DNA from: Octopus vulgaris
Lineage: Eukaryota
NCBI GenBank assembly: GCA_951406725.2
Contig: OX597828.1
Span: forward strand, 806,001 to 870,000
Length of the DNA: 64,000 nucleotides
Reading direction: 5' to 3'
Made by a program: the position numbers and the translations under genes. Below are positions 34,601 to 46,655 of the stretch, piece by piece. How positions within the stretch are numbered: the stretch's first letter is position 1; each line of letters starts with the position of its first letter. The notes below the pieces were generated by a model that did no database searches, was not told the DNA's origin, and saw only the letters and a program-made list of their open reading frames with translations.

Positions 34601-35602
34601 CTCATTTAACGATGGTTGGTGCTTCATCCATTCCACAATCTGTTTAATATTAACAACATAAACGTCATTGAGGCCGAGGATATAGTCTAAAAATCGATGC
34701 ATGGCTTTCATTCGGTATGGGTTCGTCTCATATTCTTGCAACAACCATGTTGAATGCATGTTCAAGCCAAGTGGTGCCTTGTTCATAGTGTAGTAACTCA
34801 TGAAATTTTCCAGCAAGAAATTGAATGATTCTTCTTCGTTTGTTGGTGAATTCGCACATCCGTCCACATAGACGCAAGGATAACGAGCCAGTTTGTCAAG
34901 CACTGTCACGATAGGTACTTCCCAGAATCCTTGAATATTTTCGGTCGGACATTCGGGAATGCTGCAAGGATATGGCCAACCATAATCCATCGTAAATGGA
35001 ACTGGGGATTCTTCAATCAGTGACCTTTTGGTGATAGTCAAAGTTGAATCGTAGGCAAAACCTGCCTTACTCAGTATTTCAAACTGTTCGTTTCCGTAAG
35101 CTATTAAATACGGACTTCTGAATCCGACAATTTCTTCTTTGGGTATCTGCGATCGATTGGCAAGGTTTAACCGTTGACCGAGTGCTTCGTATGAAAACTG
35201 AAGAGCATTCAGTGATCTTATATGATTGATGCCATGCACTGCTATATCCATTCCTTGGTCATAGAACTGCTTCACCAAGTCGTAATCGGTATCGTTATGC
35301 GACACGAACAAAGTCATCGAAATTGGGCACTTATTTGGATTTGTGCGGCTTTTATTGAATAATTCTTCATAAAGAGGAGAATTTCGAACTGTCACTGCAT
35401 CGTCGAACGAGAAGTAAACCAACTGAGGCCTTTGTGACTTTTTACCGGGGATTGTATGGCCACAGCAGGAGCAGTTTGGCAGAGTGCAGTGACCCGTTGT
35501 TCTACATTTATTGCATTCGTTTGGTGTAGTGCGTATGTTGGCGAGGACGATAGAAGCAGAAAAGATTGCCAATGACAAAACGAAAAAGAATGGGAAGTTC
35601 AT
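31622..35602 (-). CDS. Secreted tandem chitin/polysaccharide deacetylase-like protein (CE4): intact domain, Ser/Thr/Asn repeat, degenerate second domain; 1326 aa in one uninterrupted ORF
   Basis: Hydrophobic N-terminus. Domain 1 has SFDD, HGINH, GFRSPY, YDST, WEVP and PLGLNMH. Domain 2 has TYEG, HGLKK, GWRNID, YDSS, WEVP and PFGVRLR. Confidence 0.92.
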   Translation of the reverse strand: MNFPFFFVLSLAIFSASIVLANIRTTPNECNKCRTTGHCTLPNCSCCGHTIPGKKSQRPQLVYFSFDDAVTVRNSPLYEELFNKSRTNPNKCPISMTLFVSHNDTDYDLVKQFYDQGMDIAVHGINHIRSLNALQFSYEALGQRLNLANRSQIPKEEIVGFRSPYLIAYGNEQFEILSKAGFAYDSTLTITKRSLIEESPVPFTMDYGWPYPCSIPECPTENIQGFWEVPIVTVLDKLARYPCVYVDGCANSPTNEEESFNFLLENFMSYYTMNKAPLGLNMHSTWLLQEYETNPYRMKAMHRFLDYILGLNDVYVVNIKQIVEWMKHQPSLNELSKFAPFQCQNQTNGYLNGTTISPKQTNNSPNQTTSSISQYSSFPNQTTSSINQSSSFPNQTTSSINQYSSFPNQTTSSTNQSSSFPNQTTSSINQSSSFPNQTTSSINQYSSFPNQTTSSTNQSSSFPNQTTSSTNQSSSFPNQTTSSINQYSSFPNQTTSSTNQSSSFPNQTTSSINQYSSFPNQTTSSTNQSSSFPNQTTSSTNQSSSFPNQTTSSINQYSSFPNQTTSSINQSSSFPNQTTSSINQYSSFPNQTIVSVETISSTKLATTVLMGEITTNVMMSQNMEGNNNNGPSARLQSLQTQQVSNNFVTEGYNFQSTPSQTQPIGNSFNSTRELIHSTLSPSNTASRNKLQNISQTTLTPLNESSVTLRTSYQTSDSVPTNILHKRSLKSDKRDKFEFPEVFSERSAAEENSDIKKTRSLPIQSNSNMNIHNRNENDQSNIDTSRHSLQSVFHRKSNLFRVAASLVMKNDKELEKIITKDSSNHDSAVILVAKNNSIDRQLLTNKDYREPVILIHNRQQKLDYENGLKELNVKPMTTMRNLLKSKITKIRPFEKLEIPSSETVKILSPKKEAILSKKAEILPLERGQYLKTKYSDLRKTFLDFTTGININNRYKNKSVGQRNILTSRYTKSALLPGFVKSREFSSDPLDEHLELSNSSSSNSSPSKSNDDSNVSVSESCQQGKNCYKPGCQCHQFHIPTTSKKIPQFVYFTYEGSINSSITEKLKGLFHAERLNANGCRIKSTLFVTSEGSNYTAIKELYDEGMEIALHGLKKKNLAGNLLNMEIALQKYLLNRYANVSHDKIFGWRNIDLQSKGDVQFENLQNSKMLYDSSLFVMTNLENRTGIWPSTLDFGWKKNCLLQQCPTKKFKGLWEVPAVPYVGIKKRYLCKFVDSCYNKPQTAVQTYDLLLSNFMAFYKRDRTPFGVRLRSDWFLPNNEENLKGLNAFLGLVEELSDVYIVSVKGLIDWMKDPVLPENDNLTASKIGC
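33835..34510 (-). repeat. Coding minisatellite, 16 x 42 bp, encoding PNQTTSS(I/T)NQ(S/Y)SSF
   Basis: Direct reading; 21-bp sub-period. Confidence 0.95.
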
Positions 35603-36114
35603 AATGATTGCTTAGACAGTTATCAAAGAAAACAGAGCGAGCGAGGACGGTAAGATATTATTATTGTTGTTGTCGCTGTTGTTGATGATGACAAGGATGA
35701 TGACGTGCCTTGTTTACGGTTTTCTTAGTTGTTGTTATTGTTGTTGTTGTTGTTGTTGCTGTTGTTGCCGATAACAATGATGCTGACTGATACTGTTATC
35801 AATGTTGTTGTTCAGCCCTGATCGAGAAGACCTTTGATCAAAGTTATTTCAGTCCGAACCCATTCCAGCGATGGTCATCTGCCTTGCTAACGGTAACTTG
35901 GACTACATTATGCAATGAACCATTCCCCTTTCTTTTAATATGGTCGGGTGTGATTCGAAGGAGGTTTTATTGATATTACTAACAGGTCAAGCGGCCGCCC
36001 AAAAACTTGATACAAAGAATTTGCATGTGTGTATGTAAATGTATTTATGTATATATTTTTTATATGTATGTATGTAGTGTCCGTGATCACTATCTTCAGC
36101 TACGGCGCCACCAG

Positions 36115-36268
<154 letters not shown>

Positions 36269-37912
36269 TAAAACAAATCAAAACCATAAAGGGGTTATAG
36301 ATCAAATAAATCGATATTCTTTTATCAAGAAAACATTCAATGATAATTTTTCAAAATAAATTTTTCAAACAGAGCTCTATAAACAACATTGAATACACAG
36401 GAAAATGTACACACACCTATACATATTTATTTATTTACATATATATATGTGTGTGTGTTTATGTGTGTGTGTGTGTGTACATACATACATACATATACAC
36501 ACCTTATTTTACACGCGCATTCTTTACGTTAAGTCTCCAAGAATTCTTTTGTAAATTATCCCAAATAAATTCCGTTGTTTAATTTTCCTTGAATTATTTT
36601 CCTTGTAAGCGCTTTACTTTTCTTTCTGCTTGTTTTCTTTCATCCAAAACTATTCGTATTTCATTGCACTCCACCACACAAGTATGTTTCAGATGACATT
36701 ATATAGTTTGTACTATTCTAAAGCTTATTCTCCTTTTTGATGTTATGTATCTTCTTCTTTCCGTCTTCTTTCACTTCTTATATTGATGTCAAAATGACAT
36801 TTATTTCATTGGAAAGAAACCTTCTTGAAGTGCTTTTTGTCCACTTATATGTAAATATCTTGCAACTTTTTTCTGAAAGTGAGAAACATTAACTCTGAGT
36901 TAAATAGTTTGAAAGTCTTAACCGATGCATGTAATTAAAAGGTAAGAAAGGACATATATATGTATGTATATATATATATATATAGCTTTTTATAAATGTT
37001 TTCTTTTTCACTTTCTTATGCTTGCTGTCCGTCGCTTCTATAAAATAAATGTTCTTCAGAGTTTTATTCACTATTTATACTGTGGTTTTATGAAATTGAA
37101 ACAAAGCCTCAGGTTAATGAAAAAAAGCATGGTAGCGTATAATTATATTAAGGGACAATATAACATGAAAAGCCAAATGGAAAGAAGAAAGCGAAGATTA
37201 ACAAGAGAGATAGAAACGAATAGAAAACAAGAGAGAGGGTGACAAAGATTTAAAGAGAAAGATAGATAAAAAGAGAAAGTGAGATGAAGAGAGGGAGCAA
37301 GAAAAAGAGTGGCAAAAAAGTAAAATGAACGAAAGGAGCAAAGCAAAACAAGATACAAAATGTACAAAATACGACAAAAACCAGACGAAAAGAAAAGAAG
37401 ATAAAAACAACAAAACCTAAAAGTTTGAAAAGTAAGAAATATAGATTACAAAAATGATAGAAAAAATTTGGGAAATCAGTGTAAAGGAGGAAAGAAAGGA
37501 GAGAGGGAATAAAAGACTGAGAGAGAGGGGGAGATGGGGAGGGGGAGAGAGAGAGAGAGAGAGAGAGAGTGAGAACGTAATTTTGGGGTCAGAGAAAGTA
37601 ACTGAAATGAATGAATGTTTTGAAAGTTTGTAATCCTCTTTATAACCCTGTCATATCCACATTTGGGTTGCGTGTTTGTAAATCCTCACAGTTCAAAATC
37701 TGTGTCTGAAGAATGATTAGGGTATGTGATGGTGTGGTTGTGTGGTGAAGGGGAAATAGGAGGTTTTCATGAAGGGACGTGGGAAAAGAGACGCGAGGAT
37801 GGAGGGATAATGTATAAGGATAGATAAATGGGTAAGTAGACAAGTCGACAAATAAATAGATAAATCAAAAGTTAGGCAGAGGTAGAAAAGTGTGAATGCG
37901 CATATATATATA

Positions 37913-37964
<52 letters not shown>

Positions 37965-37965
<1 letters not shown>

Positions 37966-39390
37966 CGGGAAGCTTTATGAAAATAAACAAAAGACGAAGG
38001 CAGGTGGAATACAAACAAACAATTGTATTAGTATGGCGCTCAGGAATAGAAATAAAACAAGTCTTTTACGTTTCGAGCCTACGCTCTTCAACAGAAAGAT
38101 ACACAGAAAAGAAACACGGAGAGAAACAAGGAGAGAAAAAAATGCGTGCAGAAGCTAGCGAATCAACATGGCGATCTGATTCCGGCCATAAGTCAAAGAT
38201 CAAACGTGAGACGCAAGAGCGAAAATAGGGGAGATAACAGGGTCAAATGACCACGCCCCAACATAAGGGTGTGTGTGTGTATGAGAGAGTATGTAGTGCG
38301 TATGAGAGGTCTGGACGTGTGTATGTATGTATGATGTGATGTGTAATGTCGTATGGTGTAGTGTCGAGAGAGGAGATGAGGGGGAGAGGGGAGGAGAGGG
38401 GAGGAGATATGGGGAGGTAAGGGGGAGAGAGGAGAGGAGAGATGAGGGGTGGGAGAGGGGGTGGGAGAGAGGAAGAAAGGAAGGAGGAAGATAGGAAGAG
38501 GGGGAAGGAGGAGGGGAAGAGGAGGGGAAAAGGAAAAAGGAGAAGAGGAGGGAGAAGGGGTAAAGGTGAGAGTGATGAGGGGGAGAGGGGGAGATGAGGG
38601 GAGGGGAGATGAGGGGAGGGGGAGATGAGGGGAGGGGGAGATGAGGGGATGGGGGAGATGAGGGGAGGGGGAGATGATATGAGGGGGAGGGGAGGGAGAA
38701 TGAAAGAGGAGAAGAGGAGGGGAGGGGGAGGAGGGAGAATGAAAGAGGAGAAGAGGAGGGGGAGGGGGAGGAGGGAGAATGAAAGAGGAGAAGAGGAGGG
38801 GAGGGGAGGGAGGAGAGGGAGGGGGAGAGAGAAGTGGAGTGAGGGAGCAGAGAGAAAGAGGGAAGGGGAAGAGGGAAAAGAAAGAGGGAAGAGGAGGGAA
38901 AGAGAGTAGGGGATGAAGGACTGAAGAGAAGTAGGGGTCGGCGGGGAGGTTAGATGAGGAGGGGGGAGAGGGGGGTTAGATGAGGAGGAGGGAGAGTTGA
39001 GACCAAATGGCGTAAAAGAGCGAAGAGAGAAGATTAATTCCTGTTCACGGCGCAAACGGGAATCCGGATGGCCTCTCTGCAAGGACAAACCGAACACAGA
39101 CAGGTGTTGCAAGGAGTGACCGGTGGAGCGGAAATGGCGTGAGACCGGTGTGTCGTTGGCAAGGCGGATGTCACGGAGGTGTTCCGCGAACCGGTCAGCC
39201 AAGCGGCGTCCCGTTTGTCCGATGTACAGGGAATGGCAGAGAGAGCAAGAGATGCAATAGATGATATTGCTGGAGGTGCAGGTGAAGGAGTTGATGATGC
39301 GATAGGGTCGATGATGGGTGCCAGTGAGGAGGGTGGTGTTGGAGAGGTAAGGGCAAGTGCGGCAACGTGTAGTCCGGCATGGTGGAATAG
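37965..39390 (-). mobile_element. Penelope-like element 3' end: GIY-YIG domain, polypyrimidine tract, pLTR with hammerhead-like motif
   Basis: CRTTRCRTC...FTCTSSNIIYCISCSLCHSLYIGQTGRRLADRFAEH...EQELIFSL...PFGLN at 39000-39385; purine tract on + at 38370-38910; motif at 38062-38099. Confidence 0.88.
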
Positions 39391-39540
39391 TGAAAAAAAA
39401 GGAGAGGAAAAAAGGAGAAAAAAAAAGGGGAGAAAAAAAGGGGAAAGAAACAAACGTTCGAAAAAAACAACAAAAAAAAAACAATCGTATATATAAGGAT
39501 AAGGGAAATTTTAGAAGGAACACATTCAGGCAGTTCAATA

Positions 39541-39690
39541 GGAATTGCTAGTGCTCCGCCATTTGGAAATGGATCGGATAGATGTAAATTGTGTATTGGA
39601 GAATGGTATCTAATTCTGAAATTATTTAATGCTAATATGCTGAACAAATTTTCAGATGTGATTCCTTCATCTACTCATAAGTTCTATTCA
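39541..39690 (+). mobile_element. Penelope-like GIY-YIG C-terminal remnant
   Basis: RCKLCIGEWYLIL...MLNKFSDVIPSSTH resembles the CxLCxxE..LNK..H motif. Confidence 0.55.
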
Positions 39691-40179
39691 ACATTTCTAA
39701 GGACACATAGCACTAGACCTATTCTATGTTTCTATGTAAATCTATTAAAACTTATCTTATTAACACTTGACTGTCTTTACCGTGAATTTTAGATCCTTCC
39801 ATTCTAGCCAGCACATTATCACTTACATATGAATAATAATAATATGCCTATAAGTTCTATTCACCATTTCCAAGAACACATAGAATTAGATTCGTTTACT
39901 AAATCTATTAAAACTTCTCTCATTACTATTTGAAATATGAAATTTAGATCTTTCTAGTCTTGCTTTGTAGGCTGTAGTCGAGCTAAAGAAAGATGACGAA
40001 TTAAAATTTTGGTTAAACGTGCACAAGATCTGGCTTCAAGGTTTTGGTAAGAAATTATACCTACTGCTATCTTCAGCACCGTTATTCCGTAGCATAAATT
40101 TACAAGTATTTACACAGCTGTAGGTATAACTTTTTAGATTTTTATTTTCTCGCTGGACTCCTCATAAAATCGTTGATGA

Positions 40180-40238
<59 letters not shown>

Positions 40239-40439
40239 TATTATTTATTTATTTATTTGTTTATTTACAATGTTATTGAAAGAATGTGGCTTATACACGT
40301 CATCGGTACTCGACCATGGAAATTGCTATGATTGATGTCTATAGAAGAAACATGGGAAAGAAAGGAAGGCTTTCAGTTGCGTGAAACGCTGCCAAATGCT
40401 CTCTTAAACGTTATGTGACAGTATTAATTCGGGTGCTGT

Positions 40440-40630
40440 GAGGCGACGAGCTGGCAGAATCGTTAAGCACGACCGACAAAATGCTTAGCGACATCTCGTC
40501 TGTCTATACACTTTGAATTCACATTCCACCGAGGGTGATTTAGCTTACACATTCGATGAAATAATCGACATGCTCCACCCCGACCCCACATAAAATATCA
40601 CGCTTTATTCTTGTAGTAGAAAAGACCAAT
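40440..40630 (+). mobile_element. Decayed tRNA-derived SINE
   Basis: AGGCGACGAGCTGGCAGAATCGTTAAGCAC head, matching 61550. Confidence 0.75.
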
Positions 40631-41044
40631 AAAGTCTTGTTCGCAGTTTTCATTTTTATACAGAGAAAATATTCAATCCTTTTGCTGCTAATTGTTTTCC
40701 ATGTTTAGAACGACAACAACATTTTGCTATTGCACTTCTATCAGAAATCTAAAAATGTTTGAAGCGCCAACTGTAAGTCACTGAAAATGCTAACCTATTA
40801 CCAGATATCAACCCGTTCCCAAACTCAATACATCCCACTCCTTCTCCACTGAGTGTCGTTAAGGTAAAAAGAAGGATCAAGTTTTTAATGCTGTAATTTG
40901 CAATTATTTATATTTGACATGAATACCCGAGGCAGCCGTTTTGTTTTCGTTTTTGTACTCTTTTTGATAGGTTGTTGGCAGTGGGAAATGCCGCTGAAGG
41001 GTCTCATAAATATTATGTAACGCTATTAATTAGGGTGCTGATTC

Positions 41045-41098
<54 letters not shown>

Positions 41099-41207
41099 TA
41101 GGTAGGTAGATAGATATATAGGTAGATAGATAAGTATATAGATAGACAGACAAACATACGACATACATACATACATACATACATACATACATACATACAT
41201 ACATACA

Positions 41208-41238
<31 letters not shown>

Positions 41239-42639
41239 GGTATGTCTGTCCTTTTCAATTGTATTTGGGTTGGAATTTAGGACACAAACAAGAAAACAAA
41301 TAATGAAGCCGTCACATGTCAAACGATACTGTTTTGTAAATGAGGAGAACGCTAAAGCTGTTGTTAAGTTTTGAATTGTACCTAAGTCACGTGTGTGAGT
41401 CACATGGCAAATTTAGAGTTCACATACGTACATGCTCCTCGCCCCACACACATTTCTGGTTTTTGTTTTTCAAATTAAACGTCCTTTAAACCATCACATA
41501 CACCACCACCATCATTTCCTACTTATGGTGATGGTTGTATGATAGTGTGAAGGGCGTTTTTAATCTTCATAACATTGTTTATTCAGCTAAAGGATGCAAT
41601 TATGTCTTCGATTTCGTTCGAGTAACACTCGAACGTCGTAGCAAGAAAAATATTACATATTATACTGTAGATGATTTTTAACAGAACATCGTTAATGTGG
41701 TAGACGGAACAGTAGAGTATATTGAAGGGTGGGAAATAATATCAGCCTCTACGCGATTTGAACTGAGAGCGAAGAGGAAGTGATGTCGTTAAGGCAGTAT
41801 TGACACCTATTCTCTATCAATTTTGACTTTCAGCCAATAAGATGTGATTTGAAAGAAATCGACTGTGGTTTCTAACAGGTTGAGTGAACGCGTTGAGGCC
41901 TCTAAGGTAATTCAGGTGATCATATTGTTAGTAACAATGGAGAATGAAGTTGCTAAATAGTGTTGTTCTGGAATTTTAGGATAGGAGTAGGGTCATCTTT
42001 TGGCATGGACACACTGGGCAGTTGGCTGGATGCTCCCCGAGTCAAGGGGCCCAGTGTTACTCTATGTATGCCGTGGTATACAGGAGCCCCAATCCATTGC
42101 TTTATATGAGTACTTCTATGGAATCAATACAATGATACAATTGACTATATCACCTCATTTTGACAAATCTTTGCCAAGTCCAAGCATATTCACAGACATG
42201 AATAAATCAGCAAGTGTATCCAATTGATAATATGCCGACATATTGGCACATCTTAAACATATATTAAAACGCTACCTACTATAAAATATTAAGCTGACCT
42301 TCGAGCCATATCTCTACCAGAAGGTAATGAAATATAATGAGTCAATAATGCTATCATTTGAAAACTATCTCCTTGATTAATGAAACATTCACAAAAGAAA
42401 TTACATAACTAGAGACCTATCCATGGAAACTAGGTGTTATATAAACCAGGGGTTATTATTATAAACGTTGTTGGGAAGGCAGTACTTTAGGGCGGAAATG
42501 ATGATCTTGCAGAAATTAGCATCTTGCCTTCAAATTTAATCTTTGGAACCATTTGTAGCGAGTTCTAACTTTCTATCCTCACGCTAAAAGTCAACGTGAT
42601 CTATGAAAACAAAATGGATGTCAAATCGTTCAACTTCTG

Positions 42640-44520
42640 CCTGCGAGGTAAGTTGATCCAACCTCTGGGATAAGCTGTACCATACAAGGGTAAGTTGATC
42701 AGTGCCCCAAATAAAGATAACTGGGGTACATAACCATTGTTCTGTCTGAAAATATATTTAATGTTGCAACTACAACACTGAGCGAAAGGATTACTTTGTG
42801 TTCATAGTTATAGTAGCCAATTAGAAACAAATTGAATCATTGGAATGTCCTTTGTGATAAGGGAACTCAATTCATTTCAGCTGCCATAGTTTTAAGTCAT
42901 AATTAAATTTTAAAAAGTGTCTCAAAGGCACCTGGAAATGCCATCAGTAAGATTGTAGCAATTAAGTCAGCATATCTTGCTCATCAATGCCAGCTGCATC
43001 ATTTGGATATGGAAACAGAAAATGTCAGAAATCAAGTCAACTAAGCCACTTTCATGTCATCGTTGAACACAAGCTGGCCAGAACAACAGGCAGGACTGCC
43101 AATGCTCCTAGGCCGTGGCAACTTATTATGCACGACGTATGTTCATTTTTTGGATTTGGAACTGAAATTCCTCTTCATTGTTTACATCAACCGAATAATG
43201 TAATGCACAAATCGATTTTCCAACACATTTGACAACCACAAAGTCACTTTCAATGATATCCATGTCACTGTCCCCATCTGATTCGTCATCGTACTCAACT
43301 TTTGAATCATCATCTACCTCGCTGAAACTAAGGGTTTTGGAGCTTGGGGGACTTGCATTTTCCCCTTTAGCTTTGAAGAAATATCACTTTGGCTTCTTGG
43401 CAGATGCCTTCCGTTTGCGATTTTCAGATAGGGCTGCAAGCTCCGGGATTTCTAGTGTGTCGGTCAGAATTTTCATGCTGCCTTTTTACGACTGGCTTTC
43501 GTTTTCTTTCTTGCTGTAATTTTCAAAACTAAGCGAACGAGGCACGACATCCTGTTGATTGGGTCGAATAGGAGGTAGGTGATAGAACACCATCTTAAAG
43601 AGCCCGTACACTGATCGATCGAGAACTGAAGACGATGTGAAATGTCGAGTGGTATTGACAGCCGGACAACGTTATCATATCTTACAGTGTCCACAACATT
43701 GAGAGAAATGTGGGTGTCATGGTTGTGGAGTATCAGGAGAATCTTCTCTGGTGAACATCTGGTGTAATTTGGGTATTCCACGGATGTTTCCTCCTTATTC
43801 ATCCAGCTACTGCTCGCTGCCCTACCTATGGTCTACCCCCACTGAAGTGTTCTTTATAGCGGACTCTCGGAAAAATGAATAAAGGAGGCACGACTGGCCT
43901 AATTGCACTCACAGTGTACACGACAGTTATCAGTTCTCCAAGTTCAGCAGAAGTGATTGCACGAACTTGTTTCATTCTCTTCTCGATCACAATAGTTGCA
44001 GGGTTTTGAACTGTTGTGCATCCAGTTTCGTCAGCGTTGTAAATGTAATTGAATGAAAACTTGTATTTGTCCGCTAGTTGGGCAAGATTGTCGAAGAACT
44101 TATCAACCATTGGTCGGTTGAAAGCAGTAGCACATCCAAAGGATGTAGCTTCTGGACCTCTTATTGCCAGATTCTATCGCTTCTTGAAGCCTTACCACCA
44201 ATCTTGGACTGCCTTCTTCCCACGATTCCAGCTAGCTGGCATATCAAGACTGTTTCGTTCTGCAAGCTTGTATGTTAGTGAACAACGCCAATTCACCAAC
44301 AAACCATGAAACATATCTACCAACTGTTTCACGCAATCGCCTAAATCATTCTCCATCTCAGTAGGAAACACCAGTTGTCGCAAGGCCACAGGCGTATAAG
44401 TAGTCACTTGTTGTCTATCTCCCTTTTCAATGTATTGCTTAAGCGTCATTCGATCGATGGTATAGTGCTTAGCTGCACTCCTTGATCCAGTTAGCCAATG
44501 ATCAAACACGTTCATTTTGT
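42640..44520 (-). mobile_element. Decayed pogo/Tigger-like DDE transposon
   Basis: CENP-B-like HTH region, IYNADETG, VVPPLFIFP, GWMNKE and LLILHNHDTH...SHRLQ, with frameshifts. Confidence 0.82.
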
Positions 44521-45544
44521 ATAGCTAACATAACTAGATTTGAAATTTACCAATATGCCAGTCCTTCCTTTAAAGCAAGTGATTTGATCTGAAACTTATG
44601 TGACTGTTACTTCTTGCAAGCTAGTTGATCTAATTGAAATTTAATTTCTTCCTCGCACCACTACCGCCGCCGCCGCCACCACCACTAAATAAAGATTTTT
44701 CTGAAATAGAGATTTTTTTCAGCTACTTAGTTCTATGCGAAAATGTCACACTATATCCATATAAACGTATAAACATTCGTATACGTGTATTTATGCATAT
44801 ATGTGCATAACCTATTAGCTTCTTATCCCTTATAAATTGTTATTTTCCCTGTTCGTAAATAGATACTTTTCAGTTACTAAAGTCTATGCGAGATGGTTAT
44901 ACTATAGCCATATAAACGTTTAAATATTTGTGTATGTGAATGTGTGCATGCGTGTGTATCTGTACACATCTTTATTCTTTCTTATTCCTGGCTTATAATT
45001 AATATATAAATAGCATATTTATCTCTCCAGTATTCCAGAAGTAAATGTCCTGAGCAGTCCTTATAGAAACCACATAATAAGCAATTAATTAAGTACATGA
45101 GTGAATATTAACCTGATTCTATGCCATCGTTCCTTTTCAATTTTGACAATTAATATATGCATTCTGCCTATTTTGGTAATATCATTTTTAATAATCTTAA
45201 ATTTTATGTTTATACAAGATAGCAATATTGTTTATAAGCAATCATCCATAGTACCCCAAGATAAAATTTCTTCTGCATTAACATCCTAGGTTCTATTAGC
45301 GTCTTAGCCCTTTAACTGGTATTTAACATCATGATTTGGAGTCTTCTCCTACCCAGCCTCCTTTTATAGATAGTTACGCTACATACAATTTACTACCGAT
45401 ATATTCTTCCCTCCCTGAGAAAAAGGGAAAGATATCACAATATTCATGACCATACCTAACCATGAGCTCTCAACTCACTCTTGCCCTTCATTCTAAACAA
45501 ACAGACATGTGTATGTATATATATATTGTGTATTGTATGTATGT

Positions 45545-45545
45545 G

Positions 45546-45607
<62 letters not shown>

Positions 45608-45757
45608 ATATATATATATGCATACATATATATATATATGTGTGTGTATATATATATACATATATATACATATACATATATGTACATATATACATATATA
45701 TACATATACATATATATACATATATACATATATATACATATACATAAATATATATAC

Positions 45758-45801
<44 letters not shown>

Positions 45802-45923
45802 GTATATACATATACATATATACATATACATTTACATATATATATACATATACATATATATATATATGCATATACATATATATATATATACATATACATA
45901 TATATACATATATATATATATAC

Positions 45924-45992
<69 letters not shown>

Positions 45993-46020
45993 TATATATA
46001 TACATATATAAATACATATA
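45545..46020. repeat. (TA)n/(TATACA)n microsatellite
   Basis: Direct reading. Confidence 0.95.
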
Positions 46021-46618
46021 CTTTATTTACTTAAAGTTAGATTATATTTAGTTTTATTACTAAATATTTAATGGTTTTATTGAATATAATTTTAGGAAGG
46101 TTTTATTTTTGAATGTATAGGACAATTTTCTTTTCTTTATGTAATATTTTTTATAATGATAATTTATTCAATTATAGAACAATGTATTTGATCTATCGCC
46201 AAATTAATTTACCTGTTTAATTAGGTTAATTTAATATTGATTAGTATTTATTTTGAGTATTAATAATATGATATATAATATAAATATATATTTATCTTAT
46301 GCTAGAGTTAAGTTTATATTTTGTTATATTTTTGTTATGAATTTGTTAAATTAATCTATATGCATGTATTTCTTTATATTTGAAGTAGATTTATTTAGAT
46401 GTTTATTTAATCAATTTTATTTAATATAGACGTATAGATTAGTAAGATAGAATAAATGGATAAAATGAAATGTTTACCTGTATGTTTGTAAGGAAGTATG
46501 AATATAGGTATTTATATACGTATGTATTCATATATGTGTATATGTGTGTATGTATGTGTATATATATGTATATGTATATGTACGTATATATATATATATA
46601 TATATATGTATATGTACG

Positions 46619-46655
<37 letters not shown>

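Noticed and set aside
33784-34647. Antisense ORFs giving GLIWETGILVYGTG or Trp-rich repeats, resembling a structural protein
   Set aside because: They are confined to the repeat and have no signal peptide or unique flanks; they are a by-product of a stop-free repeat unit.
38243-39538. 431-aa ORF as a host gene
   Set aside because: Only about 39000-39385 is a GIY-YIG fragment; the rest is translated polypyrimidine and T-rich sequence.
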